This document shows, one piece after another, positions 9,579 through 18,717 of a stretch of DNA of 64,000 bases (position 1 is its first letter; each line of letters opens with the position of its first letter). The DNA is from a virus, in IMG/VR virus record IMGVR_UViG_3300045988_145033, positions 114,693 through 178,692 of that record; one strand, 5' to 3'. Both the position numbers and the translations under genes were made by a program. Below the pieces are notes generated by a model that ran no database searches, had not been told where the DNA came from, and was given only the letters and a program-made list of their open reading frames with translations.

Positions 9579-12500
9579 ATGTCTGATATAAAAAGAATAG
9601 CATTTATACCCTATGACAAGAAGCATAGAAACTATACGGAAGCTGATATTGTTGTAGGGGAGCTTATTATAGATAGCGAGACAGGTTATGCGTGGATAAA
9701 AGTTAAATCAGGCGATTTGATTCCACTTCGTGGTGCAGGATATATAGATTTGATAAACTATATCGCTTCCACTATGGCGATAGGAATAGAGCCTAAAGAT
9801 ATACATTCATTCTTACTAGATACAGCAAAAAGAATTCCTAATGAGAATATACCTACAGGTGTTTTAAAAGTAAGAGTACCGAAAGGAACTTCTACAGAAT
9901 TTAAAGAAATAGGAATAGTTACAAATGGAGAAAATTGTATAATATACACAGGAGAAAAAGATAGTGTCACACAAGAACCTATCACAGTTACAGTAAAGGA
10001 CGTTTATTTAGACTATTCTAAATTTAAGAAAGAAACTAAAGAAACTCTTGCAGACCATACTACAAGAATTACATCTTTAGAAACTGAAATAGCTCAAAGA
10101 GCAAAAGATACTAAAACTTTCTATGATAAATTTACAGAAGCTGAATCTGCTGATTTGGTTTATTGTATTCACCCAGATATGACAGCAACTAAACCAACAG
10201 AACCCACAAACTACATATTTGAGACTTCTATGGTTTTACATATGGATAATGGAGAGTCTGTAAATAGACACTCACTTGGATATCATATGGATTACAAAAA
10301 TCACAGAATAGATAAAGATAATGCTTATGTAAAGGACATAGGTAATAAGGTAGATTTATCTGTAAGATTTTATTATAAAAATGAATGTATTTGGGTACAA
10401 CCTACTCAAATAGACGGTGAGTTTATTTTAAGAGATAAATCACCAAACGCTGGCTCATTTGTACCTTATAAAGGACAAGTTACAAAAGAATCATTTGCAG
10501 CATCAGGTTTAACACCGGGAGATTTAATAATTCCTTTAGGTTCTTCTAATAATGAAGAATCTGTATCTTGGACTTATTATCAAGCAAATCATGGTTTTCC
10601 ACCTATGAGTGCTGTATACTTTGATAAAGAAGATAATAAATGGAAACTAGCAACTTTAAAGAATAGAGCTAAAAATATAGCAATTCCTATAGATGAGAAC
10701 TGGCTTACTATATATTCGGCTGGACATATTAAAGTACCAGAAAATGCTAAAGCTAACTTAAGTGATGAAGATTTCGTATCTAATGAAATGTACTACTTAA
10801 GCCAAACTATAAATGGTGGATTTCAAAAAGAATATCCAACTTATATTTATCAGGAACTAGGATACGCTTATATGAAATACGGTTCTATGTGGTTTGCAAT
10901 TCATATAGATACACCAGTTGAACTTGCAGCTTACACTATTAAGAATATGGCAACTAAAGAAGATTTAAAGAATAGACAACTTGTGGTACAAGTAGCAACT
11001 CCGGATATAGCAAAGCTTGATGAACCATTAGGAACTGTAATGACAGTCGCTGATGATAGTGGAGAAGAAACTTGGCATATAAGAAAGGTACAAGAAACTA
11101 GAAAAGATAGTGAAAGTATACAAATAAGAAATGGTTTATGGGCAAATATCATCGAAGTATCTGGTAAGATAAAAGAAGAGGATATGGCTGGTAAACTAGA
11201 TAAAGGTATAAACTTTGCAAAATATAAAGCTGAGTATCCAGATGCTGTTGCTATTATAGAAAAGATAATAAATGGTATAGGGTATAAAACTGGAGATAGA
11301 TTAAAGACTTGGCAAGAGCTTATGGAAGATTTAGAAAAGTATGTAAAGAAAGAGCAAATAACTCAATCTATGACAGAAAATAGTATAGATAAAATACCTT
11401 CTGCTAATATCTTTAATCAACTTCTAAAACTTGTACAAGATATTAAACTCGGACATACTGGAAGTATAGTACCGCAAGAAAATACAGCGGTACATATTCA
11501 ATCTGGTATACTTCAAAGAACTGCTGTGACTATTCAATCGAATGTAGACGTTTTATACAATCCTACATTATTTATAGACGGTCAGCAATACGATAGAGCT
11601 TACTGGTCATTTGATGCAAATACTGGTATCATAACTTTAAAAGAGCCTTATGATATGTATACAGATGCTAGATGGACAATATTTGACGTATTTCCTACAG
11701 ATATTAAATATATATCAAATAGTGTAGGAGCAATTCAAATAGCACCTTATGCTAACTCGCTTAAAGATTATGACGTCATAAAATGTCTTGGAGAAAATTC
11801 AAAATACGACGGTGGTTATCAACTACGTATGGTTGTACCAGAATCTGATATTACAAACTCGTCATCTCAATGGCATTTCTTAGCTAGTCAACCTAGAGTA
11901 AAATTTAAAAATAAATGGCTTGTAGAGCTTCCAAAAACTCACGTAAAAAGAGAACTTGAAAGAAAGTTAGAAAAAGAAATATTTGACGCATATGTTAAAA
12001 AGAATGCAGTATATACTTTAGAAGATGTAGGATACGATAATATCGAAGGTATAGGATACGTGAAGGGTAAATATAAACTTAAATCTGAAAATGAGCTTAC
12101 ATTAAGATTTAATATAAAGGTCACTAAAGACTTACTTGTACAACCGCCACAAGGACAAACAGAAGACCCTTTAAAGAATATGCAAATGGATTATTTAAGA
12201 TTTGTAGCTAATCTTCCAGAAGGTATAGAGAAGAGTGATTTATTATTTGAGTATGCTCAAGTTTCAGTATACGATTATAAAGAAGAGCCAGATTTTATAG
12301 ATGTCGATGAATATAACTTCACTGATAGTTCCAGTCAAACTCATCAAAGAAAGACTAGAATTAAGAAATTTGGTTTTGGAATTATGTATCAGTATACTTC
12401 AGATGTAAGACCGCTTACAAAATACGACGGACTTTCAAGTAGACCTACTCCTAGTGGAAATAAAAATAGAGACGGTTCACTTGAGTATATGGACGATATG

Positions 12501-12725
12501 TCGGTAAACTATGACGTTTATAATGAGCTTAAAACTAGAGATAAGAATAATAATGTTATAGGAGAAGGAAGATTTGGAACTAATCCAATGGAACCGAAGT
12601 TCCCTAATCATAACGCATTTATTCTTTTAATTCAAAGATACTTTGAAGGTTTGGCTGTAGGTTTTAATAAGCACTTATTTGAAGACTACTACTTAAATGT
12701 GACTATTAAAATACCTATGAGATAA
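9579..12725 (+). CDS. large hypothetical protein (1048 aa), possibly structural
   Basis: Long ORF with AAGGAGG RBS; sigma70-like TTGAAA-15-TATAAT upstream at ~9483-9515. Confidence 0.55.
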   Translation: MSDIKRIAFIPYDKKHRNYTEADIVVGELIIDSETGYAWIKVKSGDLIPLRGAGYIDLINYIASTMAIGIEPKDIHSFLLDTAKRIPNENIPTGVLKVRVPKGTSTEFKEIGIVTNGENCIIYTGEKDSVTQEPITVTVKDVYLDYSKFKKETKETLADHTTRITSLETEIAQRAKDTKTFYDKFTEAESADLVYCIHPDMTATKPTEPTNYIFETSMVLHMDNGESVNRHSLGYHMDYKNHRIDKDNAYVKDIGNKVDLSVRFYYKNECIWVQPTQIDGEFILRDKSPNAGSFVPYKGQVTKESFAASGLTPGDLIIPLGSSNNEESVSWTYYQANHGFPPMSAVYFDKEDNKWKLATLKNRAKNIAIPIDENWLTIYSAGHIKVPENAKANLSDEDFVSNEMYYLSQTINGGFQKEYPTYIYQELGYAYMKYGSMWFAIHIDTPVELAAYTIKNMATKEDLKNRQLVVQVATPDIAKLDEPLGTVMTVADDSGEETWHIRKVQETRKDSESIQIRNGLWANIIEVSGKIKEEDMAGKLDKGINFAKYKAEYPDAVAIIEKIINGIGYKTGDRLKTWQELMEDLEKYVKKEQITQSMTENSIDKIPSANIFNQLLKLVQDIKLGHTGSIVPQENTAVHIQSGILQRTAVTIQSNVDVLYNPTLFIDGQQYDRAYWSFDANTGIITLKEPYDMYTDARWTIFDVFPTDIKYISNSVGAIQIAPYANSLKDYDVIKCLGENSKYDGGYQLRMVVPESDITNSSSQWHFLASQPRVKFKNKWLVELPKTHVKRELERKLEKEIFDAYVKKNAVYTLEDVGYDNIEGIGYVKGKYKLKSENELTLRFNIKVTKDLLVQPPQGQTEDPLKNMQMDYLRFVANLPEGIEKSDLLFEYAQVSVYDYKEEPDFIDVDEYNFTDSSSQTHQRKTRIKKFGFGIMYQYTSDVRPLTKYDGLSSRPTPSGNKNRDGSLEYMDDMSVNYDVYNELKTRDKNNNVIGEGRFGTNPMEPKFPNHNAFILLIQRYFEGLAVGFNKHLFEDYYLNVTIKIPMR

Positions 12726-12736
12726 GGAGGACTGAA

Positions 12737-13537
12737 ATGAAACATACACCAAATAAAATACATATATACTCAGCCACAGGAAAGTATATAGCAACGCAAC
12801 CATATACACTAAAAGACTTTCAAGAAGACCCAAAAAGATTTTATGATGCTTGGGATAATTCTATGATAGTTACTGATACTTGGTATGATTTCCCTTGTCT
12901 TGACGGAACAAAACGTGGCATAAGAGAGATGACAGCGGAAGAACGTGTAACTTCAGGAAGTGTCGACTTGCAAGACGGTCAATATCTTGAACTGGCTACA
13001 GGTAAGATAGTATCAACTCCTATTCCTGAATGGCTTTTAAAACCTAGATGGAATAAAGATAAAAAAGAATGGTATGAGGGTGCAACTCCCGATGAGCTTC
13101 ATGATTATATTGTAGATATGAGCTATAAATGGAGAGATGAAAGATTTGAGCTAGGTTTTCAGTGGCTTGATAAAAAAGGTGGTAAACATCATCAAAGAGT
13201 AAGAGAAAACGATAGAAGTCGTTTCTTGGAAGCTAAAGCTGTACTTGAGATTACAAAGGAAATAGACCCTAACCAAACTATAGAATGGCAATTCTCAGAT
13301 ACTGATAGTTTTGATGTAGATTATAACGACATTAAAGCTTTAATGGTTATGGGTGGAATGCTAGTTCAAGTTGGATACAGAGTAAACTCAGCTTGGAGAA
13401 AAGTTCCTAAAGATAAAATAGATTTAAAAACTATGACTAGAGAGAACTTCTTTAAAACTATTGATACTGAGTTTAAAAAGGTTATGGTTAAATATGCACC
13501 AGCACCTACTCCTCTTACACCAGCTCAAGAAGATTAA
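12737..13537 (+). CDS. hypothetical protein
   Basis: ORF with AGGAGG RBS 8 nt after previous stop; terminator 13547-13570. Confidence 0.55.
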   Translation: MKHTPNKIHIYSATGKYIATQPYTLKDFQEDPKRFYDAWDNSMIVTDTWYDFPCLDGTKRGIREMTAEERVTSGSVDLQDGQYLELATGKIVSTPIPEWLLKPRWNKDKKEWYEGATPDELHDYIVDMSYKWRDERFELGFQWLDKKGGKHHQRVRENDRSRFLEAKAVLEITKEIDPNQTIEWQFSDTDSFDVDYNDIKALMVMGGMLVQVGYRVNSAWRKVPKDKIDLKTMTRENFFKTIDTEFKKVMVKYAPAPTPLTPAQED

Positions 13538-13546
13538 AAAAAAATA

Positions 13547-13570
13547 AATGGTGGCGTGATGCCACCATTA
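13547..13570. terminator. bidirectional terminator AATGGTGGC-GTGA-TGCCACCATT
   Basis: Convergent genes, A8 upstream / T-rich downstream. Confidence 0.65.
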
Positions 13571-14557
13571 TATTTCATATTTATAAATATCCATAGGTTT
13601 TGTCATATCTCCCACATCTTTATATGCTTTATTTCTCACAACGTAGATATCCTTTACTCTATATCTTATATCCTTAAAGAAGGATTTAATAAGTCTGTCA
13701 TCTACATCACTATCAGCAATGTAAACTATGTGTCTATAAGGATTGTACTTAGTTATAGCTTTTATAAAGCCTTTTTGATTTGTAACCGTTCCTGAAACCC
13801 ATATACCCTTATTCTCAGGCATTATATACTCCATGGTATTTATAAGGTCAAATGGACCTTCACAAATAGTAATATAAGAATTATCATCTAAATAATTATT
13901 AGCTCTTTCTATAGTATATGGTTTATGAGTTATAAATCTTGACATATTAGAATTATCAAGAAGTGAGAACTTCATAAATCTTTTAGTATCATCTACACTA
14001 CGAAGAAGTATATTAGTTCCAGTGGGATTTAGAAAACCTATAGATTTTACATTGTAATCTAAAAGTTTATCTTTAACTAAATCTGGTAATATATCTTTAT
14101 TTATTTCTACAAAGGAACGTAGATTTTCAACTATTCTGTATTTATTCTTTGTATTCATATTAAGTTCTAATTTCGTTCTATTGTAGAAATACTTTTGAAC
14201 ATCGCTATCTTCTTTAGTTTCTATATTGTATTTAATCTCTGTAGTAAGTTCTTGTGATATAAGCTCATGTGTTATACTTCTATTGCTTTCCACAAACTCC
14301 GTAATATCGCTATCTAGTATTCCCATTCTTAGAAGATGAGATTTATTCATAATACCGGACGCTGTACACTTAAGTTGAAAGCAATGAACTATTAAAGCAT
14401 CATCACTTTGTGATACTCTTATATTGCAATGCCTAGTATGTGGGTTTGGACTATCTCCACAAAAAGGACAAGAAATGGTGTACCATACACCATTTGATTG
14501 TCTTCTTGCATTAAATTTATTCATAAGAATAGATACCAGTTTTTCTTTAGGTTTCAT
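13568..14557 (-). CDS. DNA primase, Zn-ribbon + TOPRIM (DnaG/T4 gp61-like)
   Basis: CPFCGD...HTRHC...HCFQLKC zinc ribbon at N-terminus; ICEGPFD (TOPRIM Glu) and YIADSDVDD (TOPRIM DxD) motifs. Confidence 0.6.
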   Translation of the reverse strand: MKPKEKLVSILMNKFNARRQSNGVWYTISCPFCGDSPNPHTRHCNIRVSQSDDALIVHCFQLKCTASGIMNKSHLLRMGILDSDITEFVESNRSITHELISQELTTEIKYNIETKEDSDVQKYFYNRTKLELNMNTKNKYRIVENLRSFVEINKDILPDLVKDKLLDYNVKSIGFLNPTGTNILLRSVDDTKRFMKFSLLDNSNMSRFITHKPYTIERANNYLDDNSYITICEGPFDLINTMEYIMPENKGIWVSGTVTNQKGFIKAITKYNPYRHIVYIADSDVDDRLIKSFFKDIRYRVKDIYVVRNKAYKDVGDMTKPMDIYKYEI

Positions 14558-14568
14558 AGTATCTCCTT

Positions 14569-14775
14569 TTAAATAAGCTCAACTAAATACTTAATAATTG
14601 TATATATCATAAAGTACCACATACAAGTAAGTATAAAGAATTCTAAATTTACCGAAAATACAGTCTTTTCCTTTTTAGAATTAAGATGCACCATAAAGTA
14701 ATCTATCATCATAACTAATGCGAATACGATACCTATAATAAGAGCAATGTAGTGAAGTATTTTAAATAATAGCAT
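14569..14775 (-). CDS. small two-TM membrane protein (holin-like size)
   Basis: 68 aa, two hydrophobic helices, start overlaps upstream stop. Confidence 0.45.
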   Translation of the reverse strand: MLLFKILHYIALIIGIVFALVMMIDYFMVHLNSKKEKTVFSVNLEFFILTCMWYFMIYTIIKYLVELI

Positions 14776-15926
14776 TAGAATACACCAACCTTTCTCATAT
14801 CAAATATAGATTTAATAAGTTCTATATCGGAACCTAGTCTTCTTTTCTCATCTTCAGTCACTATCTTATAGACGTCTTCTATATCATTTGAATTTACAGA
14901 TAGATTACCTTCATAAGCAAAACACATATCATTAAAGTTAGTTTTACCTTTATCTGGAGTATCACGTCTTATATCTGTACTACCTTTTCTTAGCTTATCT
15001 TGATATTTCCAAGCAATATCTGCAAAGTCTATAAATATACCATCCATACATTCAAATTTCAAAAAGTATTCAAAGAACTCTAAACTGTATCTTTTTACTA
15101 TATCATTTATTTCTGGATTCTTCTCAGCTATTTCTTTATTCTTTCTATCTATACCCATAGCAAGAGATGAGTTGTGAACACCGTCATTTGTTATAGATAC
15201 TGTAACATAGTAGTCTCTATACTTTTCAGATAAAAGCTCTTCTTTCTTTGCAGTTGCAGCTTCTACCCATTCATCTAAAGGTACAGTAAATATATCAAAG
15301 ACATAAGAGTATTTATTTCTCTTGTCTCTTAAATCCACAAGCTTTGCAAATATATCTCTCATAGTTTTAGAAGATAAATCTTTTTCCATACGAATAGCTA
15401 CATCTCTTTCTATATTATACCTTTTTACGAAATCAGAATAAGTGTATAAATCCTTCATTTCAGTACCTTCAAGTAAGTCTTTTATACAAGCATAAAAGAA
15501 CGAGCCTAATACATATTTGTATTGGTCGTCGCTACTTTCAGGATTTATAGTATGTCTCCATTTATCATATCCTTTCATATCTATAATTTCTCCGAAGTCT
15601 CTTATTTCTATGATATGGTAAAGTCCTTCATCGTCTTTTATAAGTTCTCCATTTTTGTCAAGATAGCTTATAGCATAAAAATTGCTAGTTGCTAAAGTTT
15701 TATCTTCTTTATTAAGTTCAAGATATGATACAGCAAGAATTACCATATCGTTATCTATGTTTGCGTCGTAGAACGCTTTACTTCCTGTAGAATATATCTT
15801 TCTTTGATACTCTACCTCTCTTTTATAAGCGGTTTTAAGCTTTTCCTCATACTTATCATTTTTCAAAAACTCTCTTAACTTTTCACTTACATTTGCTAAA
15901 ATTAGTGTATTAACTACTATTTCCAT
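14775..15926 (-). CDS. hypothetical protein
   Basis: ORF with AGGAGG RBS. Confidence 0.5.
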   Translation of the reverse strand: MEIVVNTLILANVSEKLREFLKNDKYEEKLKTAYKREVEYQRKIYSTGSKAFYDANIDNDMVILAVSYLELNKEDKTLATSNFYAISYLDKNGELIKDDEGLYHIIEIRDFGEIIDMKGYDKWRHTINPESSDDQYKYVLGSFFYACIKDLLEGTEMKDLYTYSDFVKRYNIERDVAIRMEKDLSSKTMRDIFAKLVDLRDKRNKYSYVFDIFTVPLDEWVEAATAKKEELLSEKYRDYYVTVSITNDGVHNSSLAMGIDRKNKEIAEKNPEINDIVKRYSLEFFEYFLKFECMDGIFIDFADIAWKYQDKLRKGSTDIRRDTPDKGKTNFNDMCFAYEGNLSVNSNDIEDVYKIVTEDEKRRLGSDIELIKSIFDMRKVGVF

Positions 15927-15948
15927 AACATTTCCTCCTTAAAATTTA

Positions 15949-16920
15949 TTAATTAAATATTTGGTTACTATCTATTAAATTTCTCATATAAACTTCAGTG
16001 TCTTCTATATTCTTTAGAATCCTTTTCTTAATATCATCAGTTATTGCTTTACTCTCAAGTAAAGATGATACATAAACACCTTTAGCTAAATCTCCTTCTA
16101 TATTAAGTTTATCCTTTATAGGATATATCTCTTCTCTTACTATACGAATAAGTCTCAGCCAAGCATCACATTCGTGCATATATCTTGGAATACTAAACTT
16201 ATCTAAAACTGGATTTACTTTAGTATTTACATACTCAAGTGCTGTGTCATAGTAAGCGTCCGTAATTGATAAACCTCTTGAAGTTACAGAAGTTTCACCA
16301 TCTGTACAAGTTCTAAAGTTTAGGAACATACAGTTTTTATCTGTAGCTCCAATATCTTTCATTATATCGACTCCTACAAGTTTTGATATATCATCAGCCG
16401 TATACTCTAGCATTATAACGTCAAGAAGATTAGGATTGTCAAACATATCATTCACAAGGGAAGAGCTACAGCATTCCTTAATCTCTTCCCATATAAGTGC
16501 ATCTGTGCAATCATCTTTTATTTTATATATTTTCTTTGTCCATTCTTTCATACTATACTTTTTAGGATTTCTCATATAATCATAGTATACAGGCATAAGT
16601 ATATTATCTACCGCATAGCATTTAGATAAATCTAGTTTATCCTTAGACTGTATATATGAGCCTTTATATGTAAGAGTGGTATCTTTATCTTTAAGTCCTG
16701 TAAACACGTAGTCTTTAGTATGATGAACTTCATTATTTTCATCAGTATATACCTTTCTTATAACACGAATATCTACTTCTTTACTATCATATGTCTCCAA
16801 TATAGCTTTGACTATATCCTTTCCAAATATAGACGTGTACATACTTTTAAAGAACTCGGTATCATTTTTGTGTGCTACTGCTGTATATATTTCAAATTTA
16901 TGTACTTTATATTTTCTCAT
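15949..16920 (-). CDS. hypothetical protein
   Basis: ORF in operon. Confidence 0.5.
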   Translation of the reverse strand: MRKYKVHKFEIYTAVAHKNDTEFFKSMYTSIFGKDIVKAILETYDSKEVDIRVIRKVYTDENNEVHHTKDYVFTGLKDKDTTLTYKGSYIQSKDKLDLSKCYAVDNILMPVYYDYMRNPKKYSMKEWTKKIYKIKDDCTDALIWEEIKECCSSSLVNDMFDNPNLLDVIMLEYTADDISKLVGVDIMKDIGATDKNCMFLNFRTCTDGETSVTSRGLSITDAYYDTALEYVNTKVNPVLDKFSIPRYMHECDAWLRLIRIVREEIYPIKDKLNIEGDLAKGVYVSSLLESKAITDDIKKRILKNIEDTEVYMRNLIDSNQIFN

Positions 16921-16934
16921 ATTATTATATCCTT

Positions 16935-18674
16935 TTAAAAATATTTATTTATATCAAATGAAGACCAATCTTCATCATAATTTACATTACTAAAATCTAA
17001 GTCTTCTGATATCGTAGGTTTTTGCTTAAAATATTTGTGAGCATTACTTAAGAAATCTATAAACTCATCTCTTATCTCAACAGGCTTAGATTTATTTTGC
17101 ATGGTATTTCCTACCTTCACTTTAAGCTCATATAAATACTTCTTCTCAACTATATGAGTTATAGAAGATAGACAACCGTCTACATTCGCTGCTATAAATG
17201 TAGGTATAGTTCCTCCGAAATCAGCAAGTGTAACTTGAGCGTTATTTACAGATGAGTAAACCTTACCAAATAAAGCAAGAGCTAGGTTTTCATAGTCTTT
17301 ATGTATTAAATCAAATATGTGTATAACCATAGCTTTATAATCACTCATAGTCATAATATTAACAGGCTCTGATATAGAGTATCTCATATTAAGATATAGC
17401 GATATTAAAAACTTGCCTAAGTTGTGCTTTTGAATATGAAAGTTACGACTCATAGCTATAGTTCCATTATCAGTAAGAGATACGGCTTCTTTTACAGCTT
17501 CATCTCTTATACTTATCATATACTCGTAGTTCTCTTTATTCTCATTTATACGAGCATCAAATACATCTTTTTCTGCATTCAAATCAGCTCCTTCTACTCT
17601 CATAGAATAACTAGGTTTGAAGTTAGTTAAAGTATTTTGCAAAATTTGATTTAGAGTCGCTGATAAGTATTTTGCTATCTTCATAAAATAGAACTTTCTT
17701 TCAGCTGGGTCCATATCAGAATTCACATCAAAATCATCTCTTTCATCATTTTTATCTTCATCATCTTTTCTTGCAAGACGTGAAGCTTTCTGTGCTTCTA
17801 TTGAAAGAGACGGCACAATTCTGTGTATTCCATTAAACATTTCATAGATTACTTTTTGATATAGATATGGCATATTAACTCCAACTATACCAAATTTATC
17901 TATGATAGTTTTGTCTGATAGTTTCTTAGAATCTATATAAGGCGATAAGTAGTCAAATGCCACTTTATCAAAGAAGTTCTTTCTTATAGCTCCTATAGAT
18001 TCTGGGTAATACTTCATTATTGTATTTCTAAGTATTATATCAGAAAGTCCATTTGGGAATTCTTCCATTCCTTGAGATGTATCAAATATAACATCTGAAA
18101 TCATAGACACGTAGTCCCCTGCATCCATTACTGTAAGATAAGATATATAAAATATCCTAGAGAAAGTGAATAGCATAGAGAATGTATATATGTCATAACT
18201 TGCAAGTCTTGCTTCTTCTTGGTCTCCACCTTGAATATTATCTACAGCTACAGCATGCGTGTATCTGTCTATAATATCTATTATTCTTTCATCTTTAGCG
18301 AATCTATTTAAAACATTCGTAAAGTATTTCTTTTTAACAGCATGTGCTGACAGTTTCTCTCCGTATAACTCCTTTGAGTTTTCAAGCATATAAGAACATC
18401 TTTTCTGAATTGTATCAGTCTGTAAAGACTTTGCTAGTTCAAACAAGTGTCCTATTATGTATCTGTAGTCTGTGTCAGTTTCAGACTCATACGGTGCTCT
18501 ATTTTGCTTAACCCACGTAAGCATCCTATTTAGAGCATTAACAACAGATACCGCAGTGGGAGATGTCATTCCCCCATTGCTTCTTGCTCTTTTGAAACGA
18601 AGAGGTGTATTACCTATGTGAAATATAATATCCTTTCCATTTTCCAAAAATTTAGCATAAACATTATTACTCAT
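16935..18674 (-). CDS. hypothetical protein (579 aa)
   Basis: ORF with AGGAGG RBS; no nuclease/polymerase motifs seen. Confidence 0.5.
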   Translation of the reverse strand: MSNNVYAKFLENGKDIIFHIGNTPLRFKRARSNGGMTSPTAVSVVNALNRMLTWVKQNRAPYESETDTDYRYIIGHLFELAKSLQTDTIQKRCSYMLENSKELYGEKLSAHAVKKKYFTNVLNRFAKDERIIDIIDRYTHAVAVDNIQGGDQEEARLASYDIYTFSMLFTFSRIFYISYLTVMDAGDYVSMISDVIFDTSQGMEEFPNGLSDIILRNTIMKYYPESIGAIRKNFFDKVAFDYLSPYIDSKKLSDKTIIDKFGIVGVNMPYLYQKVIYEMFNGIHRIVPSLSIEAQKASRLARKDDEDKNDERDDFDVNSDMDPAERKFYFMKIAKYLSATLNQILQNTLTNFKPSYSMRVEGADLNAEKDVFDARINENKENYEYMISIRDEAVKEAVSLTDNGTIAMSRNFHIQKHNLGKFLISLYLNMRYSISEPVNIMTMSDYKAMVIHIFDLIHKDYENLALALFGKVYSSVNNAQVTLADFGGTIPTFIAANVDGCLSSITHIVEKKYLYELKVKVGNTMQNKSKPVEIRDEFIDFLSNAHKYFKQKPTISEDLDFSNVNYDEDWSSFDINKYF

Positions 18675-18717
18675 AATATCCTCCTTTTAAATTTAGACTA
18701 TATTGTCCTTACATATA

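Noticed and set aside
16935-18674. Mre11/SbcD partner for the SbcC-like ATPase
   Set aside because: No DxH, GDxxD or GNHD phosphoesterase motifs in the translation.
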